Shown here: piece by piece, positions 29,501 through 38,038 of the stretch
Position numbering within the stretch: the stretch's first letter is position 1
Layout of the letters: each line of letters opens with the position of its first letter
IMG/VR virus record: IMGVR_UViG_3300037333_000056
Span: 1-64,000 of that record
Length of the DNA stretch: 64,000 bases
Source of the DNA: a virus
Reading direction: 5' to 3' (one strand)
Program-made: the position numbers and the translations under genes
Notes under the pieces: model-generated
Databases searched by the model: none
What the model was told of the DNA's origin: nothing
What the model saw: only the letters and a program-made list of their open reading frames with translations

Positions 29501-30020
29501 AGAAACAAGGACATACTTAGATAAAATGGAAGATGAAAAAGATGAAAAATACAAAGAGAGACATATGAGGAAGCAAGATCCACTAGAAGAGATGATGAGA
29601 TTTCAAACAGACAGGGGGTTAAATTTACAAGAGTATGATGCGATGAATGAAGCTACATCTATTTTTGAAGAAATATTAGAGTCACTTGGATTTGATGTGC
29701 CAAAAGAGAACAGAAAGAGACTAAGAGGGCACATATCGACATTCATAGAATCACTTAATATGTTAAATATTGCTATGCCAGCAATAGATGGAAAACCTAC
29801 TGGGTCAGACAGAGTTGATCCACATGCAGATATGATTGAACTTAATATAGGTGCAATAATGAAGCTAGGACACAATGTTCCAGAATCTCTACTAGAAATG
29901 GCTAGAGAAATTAACGGACGCAAAGGTGAAATTGTAAACGGAAAGTTTGAAAAATATAAACCTAATCATCCAAAATATGAAGAGCCATACAAGGCAAATT
30001 ACAACAACACAAAATTATAA
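29493..30020 (+). CDS. MazG-like NTP pyrophosphohydrolase
   Basis: IFEEILE...VD..AD, EIN.RKG...GKFEK. Confidence 0.6.
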   Translation: MTRETRTYLDKMEDEKDEKYKERHMRKQDPLEEMMRFQTDRGLNLQEYDAMNEATSIFEEILESLGFDVPKENRKRLRGHISTFIESLNMLNIAMPAIDGKPTGSDRVDPHADMIELNIGAIMKLGHNVPESLLEMAREINGRKGEIVNGKFEKYKPNHPKYEEPYKANYNNTKL

Positions 30021-30033
30021 AAAAGGACAAGGT

Positions 30034-30327
30034 ATGATGCTTATTGAGAGATTAACAGAAGAATTAAAGAAAAACAACGGTAAGATACCTAAGTCGTTCG
30101 TGGAAAGTATCTTGAACCATAAGGATACAAAAGTGTCACATGCTAAGTTGACACCGAACACGAGAGTGTGCGTTATTACAACAGTGTATGGGCATGACTT
30201 AGTTGGCTATGCACAGGTTCTAGATGCGTCAAATGACGTTGAACTAACTGGGCAATCAATTGCATACAAAAATGCTGCTGATCAACTATGGTCAGTACTT
30301 GGCTCAGTTGCAAAAATATTACAGTAA
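30034..30327 (+). CDS. N4 Gp49/Sf6 gp66-family protein (candidate Acb4-like nucleotide sponge)
   Basis: VCVITT..G..LVG.A...D..N.....G..IA..NA..QLW..LG pattern. Confidence 0.7.
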   Translation: MMLIERLTEELKKNNGKIPKSFVESILNHKDTKVSHAKLTPNTRVCVITTVYGHDLVGYAQVLDASNDVELTGQSIAYKNAADQLWSVLGSVAKILQ

Positions 30328-30344
30328 ATAATTAAGGAGAAAAC

Positions 30345-30395
30345 ATGGCATGCAAAACCAAAAAGAAAAAAAGAACAACAAAGAAGAAAAAGTAA
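30345..30395 (+). CDS. 16-aa lysine-rich micropeptide
   Basis: AAGGAG RBS; MACKTKKKKRTTKKKK. Confidence 0.45.
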   Translation: MACKTKKKKRTTKKKK

Positions 30396-30408
30396 AGAAA
30401 GGAAAAGT

Positions 30409-30642
30409 ATGAAAAAAATTGAAATCGGAGACACTGTCTATTTTATGAATCAAGACGACTTCATGATTGTAAACGATATTATTGTCGAGATAACACAAAC
30501 AGCAGACGGATACGAGTATTTTACTGCTAACGGAAATAGATTTGTTAATCCAGAACTATTTTACACATCAAAAGAGTCATTTGCAAAAGCATGGCTAGAT
30601 GCTAATGGATTAGCTATTGAAGCTACATTAACGAACATTTAA
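30409..30642 (+). CDS. Hypothetical protein
   Basis: IEIGDTVYF; AAGGA RBS. Confidence 0.6.
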   Translation: MKKIEIGDTVYFMNQDDFMIVNDIIVEITQTADGYEYFTANGNRFVNPELFYTSKESFAKAWLDANGLAIEATLTNI

Positions 30643-30665
30643 AATTATAACACAAAGGAAACACA

Positions 30666-30845
30666 ATGGAAGCATTAACAGAAATTAAAGAGCAATTAGT
30701 AGACACATTAGAACTTATTGAGAAGCAAGAAGCAGGTTCTACATGGAACAAAGCAAACTCTGCAAGAATAAGAGTAGCACTTGGCAACATCAAACACGCT
30801 GTAACTCCAACTAGAAAAGAACTTCTAGCTGAAGATAAAAAGTAG
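30666..30845 (+). CDS. Histone H1-like (Hc1-type) small helical protein
   Basis: 59 aa, below the track cut-off; NKANSARIR...RKELL; AAGGA RBS. Confidence 0.6.
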   Translation: MEALTEIKEQLVDTLELIEKQEAGSTWNKANSARIRVALGNIKHAVTPTRKELLAEDKK

Positions 30846-30851
30846 TAACGT

Positions 30852-31082
30852 ATGAAAGAGCTTACAGTTATAAAGGAAGAGCTCACTGCTGCTTTAGATA
30901 GGGCAGATACACTAATTGATTTAATAGCAAATGACGATTGGGACTTTACTGAGTCGCTAAGACTAAGAACTGAACTTGAAACGCTAAAAAAGAATGTATC
31001 TCCAACAAAAGTAGCATTAGTATATTATGACGATGCAATACTAGCTGCTGAAGAAGCAGAGGCTGAAGAAGAAGCTGAATAA
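30852..31082 (+). CDS. Acidic paralogue of the 30666 protein
   Basis: Shares LT.IKE.L, W..S.R.R..L...K..V.PT; poly-E/A tail. Confidence 0.6.
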   Translation: MKELTVIKEELTAALDRADTLIDLIANDDWDFTESLRLRTELETLKKNVSPTKVALVYYDDAILAAEEAEAEEEAE

Positions 31083-31099
31083 TAAACATACACTACACA

Positions 31100-31128
31100 T
31101 AGAACCAGTGCGTCTTTTGCTGGTTCTA
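31100..31128. terminator. AGAACCAG-family hairpin
   Basis: TAGAACCAG...CTGGTTCTA downstream of the gene. Confidence 0.65.
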
Positions 31129-31349
31129 CATCAAAGTGCATTTTAGGCAAAACATGCCAAAGAAATACAATCATAACTTTTTAAAGATAGGCAATATAAT
31201 ATCTGTATCAATATTTTATTTAAATAAAGAATACGGTATCTATATAACTATCAAAAATAAACAATCAAACATGTCATCATTAAGGAAACTTGTTGAGTTG
31301 AAACATGACATGATAAAACAATTAAACACAATATAAAAAAAGGATTAAT

Positions 31350-32021
31350 ATGGCAGAACCAATATTAGTATTGGCAAAATCAGGATCTGGAAAAACTACT
31401 TCGCTTAGGAATTTAAACCCTAAAGACGTAATGGTTATCCAACCAAGGAAAAAGAGGCTTCCTTTCCCAAATAATGGATGGAACAAATGGGATAAAGACA
31501 CCTCAGAAGGGTCAATATTTCAAGTAAATACATTCTCTGGAGTTAAAGCAGTGCTTGCTAAAATGCAAGAAGTAGGGAAGAAAGTTGTAGTTATAGACGA
31601 CTTTGTCTATATCATGGCTCAAAGAGTAATGGACGATATAGACGACAAAGGATACGACAAATGGACTCAGCTGGCTGCAGACTTTAACAGTATGATGACA
31701 TTTATTGACGACATGGACGAAAATATGAGAGTGTATATTTTAACACATACAGATAGCGATGAGATGGGTAATGTAAAAATGAAAACAGCAGGAAAGCTTA
31801 TTGATAACCTATTGACTCCAGAAGGAATGTTCAATATAGTATTTGGTATGGCGAAAACTGATTCAGATTCATTCTTTCTAACTAAGGGATCTACAATGGA
31901 TCCATATAAAACTCCAATGGGAATGTTTAAAGACAAACAGATTCCTAACGATTTAAAAATGGTGGATAATACTATTTGCGATTTCTATGGCATAGACAAT
32001 AAATTAACACCTGTTTCTTAG
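31350..32021 (+). CDS. AAA_24 / Sak4-like ATPase (N4 gp44-like)
   Basis: AKSGSGKTTSLRNL, VVIDD, KGYDKW, KTAGK, KTPMGMF..IPNDL. Confidence 0.88.
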   Translation: MAEPILVLAKSGSGKTTSLRNLNPKDVMVIQPRKKRLPFPNNGWNKWDKDTSEGSIFQVNTFSGVKAVLAKMQEVGKKVVVIDDFVYIMAQRVMDDIDDKGYDKWTQLAADFNSMMTFIDDMDENMRVYILTHTDSDEMGNVKMKTAGKLIDNLLTPEGMFNIVFGMAKTDSDSFFLTKGSTMDPYKTPMGMFKDKQIPNDLKMVDNTICDFYGIDNKLTPVS

Positions 32022-32103
32022 TGTTTAGGACGCAAAATTAGAGCTTATCTAGACTACAGATGATACCTAGTATTGTTTGGTCTAATTAACCAGTACAGAA
32101 CCA

Positions 32104-32424
32104 GTGAATGGAAAGGATTATATTGTGAACAATGGAAAAGATTTCAATTATGCACTTCAGATGATAAAAGAAAATAGATCAGTTAGAAGACGAGGAAATA
32201 AAGATAGAACAATTTCAATAAGTTACATACGAAACAGCTTTGCAAAAGCACAAGGGTATTCAGGAGGATTTAAAACAACCAATGAATTACTTAGTAATGG
32301 AAAAGATGTAGATATAAAAGCATATATAATGGAATATGGCAACGACGGAAAGAAAAGTATATTTGTTCCAACTAGCGATGACATGTTTTCAGAAGACTGG
32401 GAAGTTGTTAAAGACACTGAATAA
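32104..32424 (+). CDS. DUF2829 protein (Tad2-like anti-Thoeris sponge candidate)
   Basis: F..AL..IK....VRR.G at the N-terminus and FVPTSDDMFSEDWEVV at the C-terminus. Confidence 0.75.
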   Translation: MNGKDYIVNNGKDFNYALQMIKENRSVRRRGNKDRTISISYIRNSFAKAQGYSGGFKTTNELLSNGKDVDIKAYIMEYGNDGKKSIFVPTSDDMFSEDWEVVKDTE

Positions 32425-32913
32425 CCAAATGCAGAACCAGTAACTAAGAGTATTAAATAAAAAGTATACTTGCCTCTGGTATGAAGATGTTATTGAAGAT
32501 ACGCATCGTATTTCGAAGATATAATGGCTTGCCTTTACAGCTTTTGCTGTAAAGGTTTCGTGCGTAGCCGAAATCATTATTCAAGAAAGCGAAGCGTAAT
32601 CTGATATGGCATCTGTAATACCAGAATGATTTAGATAATAATGATAGAGGAGTATAGTTTACTGGTTCTTTTTGAATCTTAATCTATATCTCATACCTCT
32701 ACAATTTGATATTTCACCAAACTTCCGTTCCTCAACAAATTATGATTTCTTCTGCCGTTCTTCGAACAGCATCAGAACCACTCACGTTATCAAATTATGT
32801 TTGCGGTACGGTTTTGCCTCATATCATTGTAGAGTACGGGGTAGGTAATTTGGGATTATAAGTATAAGTTATATTTACCGTATTAATTGATACGAATTAC
32901 ATAAATATGAAAG

Positions 32914-33052
32914 TGTTCACGTGTGAACAGTCGAGAATTATTCAAGAATCCTGTGCCGTATAGATAAATAGTATGTTTAGTGTAAACTTTTATGCATTAT
33001 TCGATCGAATAATGTGTTATTCTAATAAAGATAGGCTTATTCGATCGAATAA
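32914..33052. repeat. Operator/parS-like palindromes
   Basis: TGTTCAC-GT-GTGAACA 32914-32929; CATTATTCGATCGAATAATG 32995-33014; TTATTCGATCGAATAA 33037-33052. Confidence 0.85.
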
Positions 33053-33067
33053 AGAATGCTCTCTGGC

Positions 33068-33096
33068 TTGACTTAATTCAGGAAAAGTAGTATAAT
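33068..33096 (+). promoter_or_regulatory. Near-consensus sigma70 promoter
   Basis: TTGACT-17 nt-TATAAT upstream of the ParB-like gene. Confidence 0.8.
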
Positions 33097-33118
33097 ACAT
33101 TAACATTTCGGAATAGAA

Positions 33119-34000
33119 ATGAATCACACGAAGGATTTCCTAATGGAAAAAGACAAAAAAATCAGGAATGAAGAGATATTCGCAAAGAGGATTGAAGAGG
33201 TTGAAATTCATACAATGGCTGAAATCAACCCTATGCAGAGCAAGGATGATTTTGTTGCTCTAAAATATAGTATAGAGCAGATAGGACAACAAGAACCAGT
33301 AGTTATGTTTAAAGGCAAACTGGTAGACGGGAGGAATAGACTTAAAGCAATTAAAGAGCTATATAATGAAGTTGCAGAAGAAGAAAAATTCAAATATAGA
33401 ATGGTCAAATATAAAAAGCTACCGACAACCTTAAGTATATCAGAACTTGAAGAGATCATTATAGGTAAAGAGACAAGAAGACATAAGACTTCTACTCAAA
33501 AAGCTGTTCAAGCAATGAACTACTATATCAAAAAAACAGAAGAAGGCATTGATATAAACATGACAAAAGTAGGGAAAATATTTGGAGCTTCACAAGCACA
33601 GTTGTCTAGAGCAATAACTTGCAGGAAGGCTGCAGGAGAGCTAGTGATTCAAAGACTTTTTAATGGTGAAAAGATAACGATCAGTAAATCAAAAAAAGAT
33701 GGAACTATCTATAAAACTCAAACAGACAGCTTAGATGCAATTACTAAGTATTATAATGCAATAAATAAAAGTAACGCCTTAGGAAGATCTTCAGAACAGA
33801 CTATTAGCTCAATAGAATTAAGCTATTCACAGATACTAGCAACAGAAATAATAGACGACATGTCATACGATGGGATAAATTACTTAATAAATATATTAGA
33901 GTCAAATAAAGACACACTAAAAGTAAATTATAACGTAACAAAAATGAAAACAGTAACAGGATTAGAAACAGTCTCGACAATAAATAAAGATAGTCAATAA
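33119..34000 (+). CDS. ParB/Srx N-terminal domain protein with HTH
   Basis: LKYSIEQIGQQEPVV...LVDGRNRLKA; RRH.T..QKA; HTH. Confidence 0.8.
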   Translation: MNHTKDFLMEKDKKIRNEEIFAKRIEEVEIHTMAEINPMQSKDDFVALKYSIEQIGQQEPVVMFKGKLVDGRNRLKAIKELYNEVAEEEKFKYRMVKYKKLPTTLSISELEEIIIGKETRRHKTSTQKAVQAMNYYIKKTEEGIDINMTKVGKIFGASQAQLSRAITCRKAAGELVIQRLFNGEKITISKSKKDGTIYKTQTDSLDAITKYYNAINKSNALGRSSEQTISSIELSYSQILATEIIDDMSYDGINYLINILESNKDTLKVNYNVTKMKTVTGLETVSTINKDSQ

Positions 34001-34821
34001 TGGATATTACTTATTTCTCAAGATTTAAGAAGCAAATTGAAAATGAAAATACTAAGATAACAGCAATCAACCTTATAAAAGAAGATGATGCAGGCGGATT
34101 ATACAGCGTCAGCTTTATAAGGTCTTCAGTGATCTATCGAGTAAAGTTCATTGATAATAGAATTTACATAGGCCAGACAGCAAATTTTAACAACAGGATG
34201 GAACAACATAATTTACGCTTTGGTAGTATTAACATAGATAATGTAAAAATAATTAAATATTATGCAGAACAAGATGATGAGATAAATTACATAAGAAAGT
34301 ATAGAAAACGATATGGCTGGGACAATGTAGTAAATGTCGATAGAGGTTCTGTGGTTCCAGCGATGACAACAGATATTATCTCAAGGTGGTTCAATAGAAC
34401 ACCTAGCCAACTAGCAATAAAGTCTTGGTATTATTATTGCAATAAAGAGAACAAGTGCACATTGGCTGAAGCTGCTGCGAAAACTGGTGCTTCTGTTGCT
34501 AACGTAAAAAGAGCAAACAAGATAGGTGGAGTCAAGCAGAACCAGTTTAAACGTCCAGATATACTTGATCTATTGTATAATGGCGAAAAGTTTCCATTAG
34601 ATAATTTTATGGAAACAGATTCTCTTGCAGCAATTGAAAACTTCCTAAGAAAGCAAGAATTATCAAGAAAAGAAAAACTAACTGGGATAGCTGTTAACAA
34701 AGAAGAGCTATCAGAAGCAGAGAATGACATAGTAGATTCAATACTAATTAAGATAGACGGCGAAGCAAACAGAGTAAAAAAGGCTATAGCGAGCAAAATA
34801 TATGCACAGGTAATGCAATAA
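34000..34821 (+). CDS. GIY-YIG domain protein with a ParB-like C-terminal HTH
   Basis: VIY...IYIGQT.N...R..QH; C-terminal half aligns with the upstream ParB-like protein. Confidence 0.7.
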   Translation: MDITYFSRFKKQIENENTKITAINLIKEDDAGGLYSVSFIRSSVIYRVKFIDNRIYIGQTANFNNRMEQHNLRFGSINIDNVKIIKYYAEQDDEINYIRKYRKRYGWDNVVNVDRGSVVPAMTTDIISRWFNRTPSQLAIKSWYYYCNKENKCTLAEAAAKTGASVANVKRANKIGGVKQNQFKRPDILDLLYNGEKFPLDNFMETDSLAAIENFLRKQELSRKEKLTGIAVNKEELSEAENDIVDSILIKIDGEANRVKKAIASKIYAQVMQ

Positions 34822-34924
34822 AATAACAACTATAGCAAACAAAGAATACCTGAGACGGTAAGTTGATCACAAAAATGAATGTGAGAAAGATAAATAAAAA
34901 CAAAATAAATAAAAGGAAATAAAC

Positions 34925-35551
34925 ATGAGTAACATTTTTGACGAATTAGGATTAGACGCAGCAGCATACACAGAGGCAGAAGCACAAGAGGTATCATCAG
35001 GATTTGAGGTATTACCATCTGGTTCTTACGTAGCTGAAGTAAAACTACTTGCAACATTTACAACTGAAAAAGGTGCTGGTATGATGCTAGCAGACATAGA
35101 AGTGACAAATGGAGATGATAAACGCACAATTACAGTGTACCAAAACGTTAAGAAAAAGAATGGTGAGGCAAACCCTATTGGAACTGCTACATTCAAGCAT
35201 ATCATCGAAGCAACTGGTTCTGAGATGGCAGCACTGACAACAAAGAAAGAAACAATTAAAGCATATGGTAAAGACGTAGAAGGTACTGTTGTTAATGGTA
35301 TTGCTGGAAAGAAATTATTGGCTCTAGTAAGACACGTATTTGCTGAGGGTGAAGACTACGAAAACTTCAATGAGATTGAAGGATATGTAAAGACAGACGG
35401 TACAAACTCAAAAGGCGAAAACCAGCTTGATGCATTTAAGGAAAAGATTGAAAAGAATCCTATTCTAAAAAGAAAACCGAAAGCAGGGGCTAAACAACAG
35501 TCCACTACAGATGCAGGAACAACTGCAGCCGACGTAGCCAGCATGCTATAG
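34925..35551 (+). CDS. Single-stranded DNA-binding protein (N4 gp45/DUF669-like)
   Basis: FEVLPSGSY.A.V, ENFNEI; synteny with the gp44-like ATPase. Confidence 0.7.
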   Translation: MSNIFDELGLDAAAYTEAEAQEVSSGFEVLPSGSYVAEVKLLATFTTEKGAGMMLADIEVTNGDDKRTITVYQNVKKKNGEANPIGTATFKHIIEATGSEMAALTTKKETIKAYGKDVEGTVVNGIAGKKLLALVRHVFAEGEDYENFNEIEGYVKTDGTNSKGENQLDAFKEKIEKNPILKRKPKAGAKQQSTTDAGTTAADVASML

Positions 35552-35870
35552 CAGAGTATATACAATTATATATTTATGTATTAGTATCCATGATCTTGTA
35601 TCTGGGTACTAACTAAGCTAGAGTTGGTTTTGCTGTGGTATAATTATGATGTTGCTGAAACATAATAGATATTAACAAACCATAATATCCTATGCATAGA
35701 CTAACAATATGCACAGACTTTTTTAATTTTCTATTTTTCCTTCCTTTTTTGATTTAAAATTATTTATCTATAATATCATTATGAGTAGGCAACACAAAAT
35801 ATACTACACCTGAACCAACTTTACTCTACACTGCAATACACAGCACAAACATATAACAATAGGATAATGT

Positions 35871-36293
35871 ATGGAAAATACAATACTTCATAGACGCATA
35901 CCTTTGCCAAAAAAAAAGACAAGATCTAAAAGTACAAACAAAGTAACTGAGACAATATGCACACTAAACAACATATCCTCATGGATTAGATTTAGCAAAA
36001 CAAAGATAAAGAATGACTATAAAAATCTACTTCAAGACTTGTTTATTCCAGAACCAGACAAGGAGTATAAGAGTATAGTAATTGAGTATAGGATACTTAG
36101 AGACTCAAATAGGCAGATCGACAAGGATAACGTCGTGTTTTCACTAAAATGGCTCTCTGATCTTTTGGAGGAACTAGGATACATAAAAAATGATAATGTA
36201 GTTAATTTCAGAAGCTTCGACACGAAGCATGATTTAACACTAGATGAGACTATGCTAGAGATAAGAATAGTAGACAAGGATGAAAAATGGTAG
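35871..36293 (+). CDS. RusA-like Holliday junction resolvase
   Basis: DKDN...K...D.L...GYIKNDN. Confidence 0.8.
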   Translation: MENTILHRRIPLPKKKTRSKSTNKVTETICTLNNISSWIRFSKTKIKNDYKNLLQDLFIPEPDKEYKSIVIEYRILRDSNRQIDKDNVVFSLKWLSDLLEELGYIKNDNVVNFRSFDTKHDLTLDETMLEIRIVDKDEKW

Positions 36294-36300
36294 TGAAACA

Positions 36301-36441
36301 ATGTTTGTTAGATTTTTAATATTTACTGCTACAGCAGCAATTAAAGGTCTAGCTACAAGAGAAAACGCAGAGAAAGCATATAAATTGTACAAAAAGAAAA
36401 AGAAAGCAAAATCAAAAAAGAAAAGAAAAGGGAGAAAATGA
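36301..36441 (+). CDS. Small basic peptide (46 aa)
   Basis: MFVRFLIF...KKKKKAKSKKKRKGRK; ATGA overlap with the helicase. Confidence 0.45.
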   Translation: MFVRFLIFTATAAIKGLATRENAEKAYKLYKKKKKAKSKKKRKGRK

Positions 36442-37868
36442 CAGATGAACAACAAATAGCTGTACAAAAAATAAAAGAACCAACATGTAACCTTCTAAAG
36501 ATAGCAGCGAAGAGTGGATCAGGCAAAACATATCTACTTATTAAATTGGCAGAAGAGCTTAACGTAAAAAGTGGAATGTACCTTGCATACAATAAGTCAA
36601 TTGCGTTAGAAGCAGCAGAAAAGTTTAGTGCAAATGTAGAATGTATGACTACCCACTCATTGGCATACAAGTCAGTAGTAAGGCAGTTAAAATTAAAGGT
36701 AGGTTTTTTTGGGTACAAATCAATACAAGAAAAAATGAGATACGAGCATAAGCTAATGACAATAGACACAATAACAGACTTTTGCCTATCAAAACACACT
36801 ACTTTTGACAACTATAATAACTCAGATACAAGAAGAACTGAAAGCTTAAACAACATAAATCCAAAGATTCTGTATCTGGCAAAATCATATCTACAGAAAA
36901 TGTTTACTGGGTCAATACCTTTGTTCCATCAACATTACTTAAAGCTGTACCACATGATGCTTGCATCTGGAAAAATAAATCAAAGTGAGCTAGACTATTT
37001 AGCAATGGATGAGTGTGGAGACATAAATAGTGTAACACTTGAAATATTCAAACTACTTAATGCAAAAAAAAAAGTTATGGTAGGAGACCCAGAGCAAAAC
37101 ATATACACATTTAACAAAACAGTTAATGGGTTTAAAGAGCTTAGTGGAATAGGAGAAGAGGTATATCTAACTAGATCATTTAGATGTAGTACGGATATTG
37201 CAAAAAGAGTTGAGTTATTTATGAACATACACATTGATCCATATGCACGTTTTGCTGGGACAGATACTCCGGAACCAGATATTAAAGATGAAGTATACAT
37301 ATCAAGAACAAACTCAGCAATGATTGGAACCATGATAGAGCTAATAAAAGAAAATAAAAAGTTCAATATGGCAAGAAATCCAAAAGACGTGTTTGAACTG
37401 GTTCTTATACTGTTGCATCTAAAACCAGGAGGAGAGGTATTGTCTCAGGAATGGAATCACATGCAAACAGACGCAGACACATGGGGAGTATCAGAGTCTT
37501 TACAGAAAGAGCATGGAAGTGTTTTGTCATATATACTTAGTAAATATGGAGAAGATATATCAATTAAGACAGCATTCAACATGATAAAAAAATATGGATA
37601 TGACGATATAATGATGGCATATACATATGCAAAAAAGCATAAAGACGACGATTGCAAGCATACAATAACACTAAGCTCATCACACTCTGTGAAGGGTCTA
37701 GAATTCTATAAAGTATATATAAACGATGATCTTAATGCATCAGTATCTGCAGTTATTGAAAAAAAAGAACCTAATGAATATGACGATAAAGAACTTGAAC
37801 TAATGAGGTTGTATTATGTTGCATGCACAAGAGCTAGCCACGTATTACTTAATGCTGAACATTTATAA
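36438..37868 (+). CDS. UvrD/Rep-like SF1 helicase
   Basis: AKSGSGKT, AYNKS, DECGD, VGDPEQ.IY.F, LTRSFR, HSVKGLEF, YVACTRA. Confidence 0.92.
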   Translation: MTDEQQIAVQKIKEPTCNLLKIAAKSGSGKTYLLIKLAEELNVKSGMYLAYNKSIALEAAEKFSANVECMTTHSLAYKSVVRQLKLKVGFFGYKSIQEKMRYEHKLMTIDTITDFCLSKHTTFDNYNNSDTRRTESLNNINPKILYLAKSYLQKMFTGSIPLFHQHYLKLYHMMLASGKINQSELDYLAMDECGDINSVTLEIFKLLNAKKKVMVGDPEQNIYTFNKTVNGFKELSGIGEEVYLTRSFRCSTDIAKRVELFMNIHIDPYARFAGTDTPEPDIKDEVYISRTNSAMIGTMIELIKENKKFNMARNPKDVFELVLILLHLKPGGEVLSQEWNHMQTDADTWGVSESLQKEHGSVLSYILSKYGEDISIKTAFNMIKKYGYDDIMMAYTYAKKHKDDDCKHTITLSSSHSVKGLEFYKVYINDDLNASVSAVIEKKEPNEYDDKELELMRLYYVACTRASHVLLNAEHL

Positions 37869-37881
37869 AAAAAGGAAAAAC

Positions 37882-38016
37882 ATGAATGAATATTTAAACA
37901 TAAGTGGAGGAATTATTTTTGGGCTAGCAGTAGTCACGCTGATAGCGTTCCCACTATTCTTCTTTTTATCAATAGCTGGATATTTTATATTTAAAGAACT
38001 TAACGAGAACCAGTAA
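37882..38016 (+). CDS. Small membrane protein
   Basis: AAGGA RBS; hydrophobic 44 aa. Confidence 0.5.
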   Translation: MNEYLNISGGIIFGLAVVTLIAFPLFFFLSIAGYFIFKELNENQ

Positions 38017-38030
38017 AACAAACTGGTTCT
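38006..38030. terminator. AGAACCAG-family hairpin at the convergence of the early/middle and late transcription units
   Basis: AGAACCAGT-N7-ACTGGTTCT. Confidence 0.7.
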
Positions 38031-38038
38031 TTGCTACA

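Noticed and set aside
35552-35870. Possible small RNA or toxin-antitoxin locus after the SSB gene
   Set aside because: Only a hairpin and a TGGTATAAT box; no convincing ORF or antisense pairing
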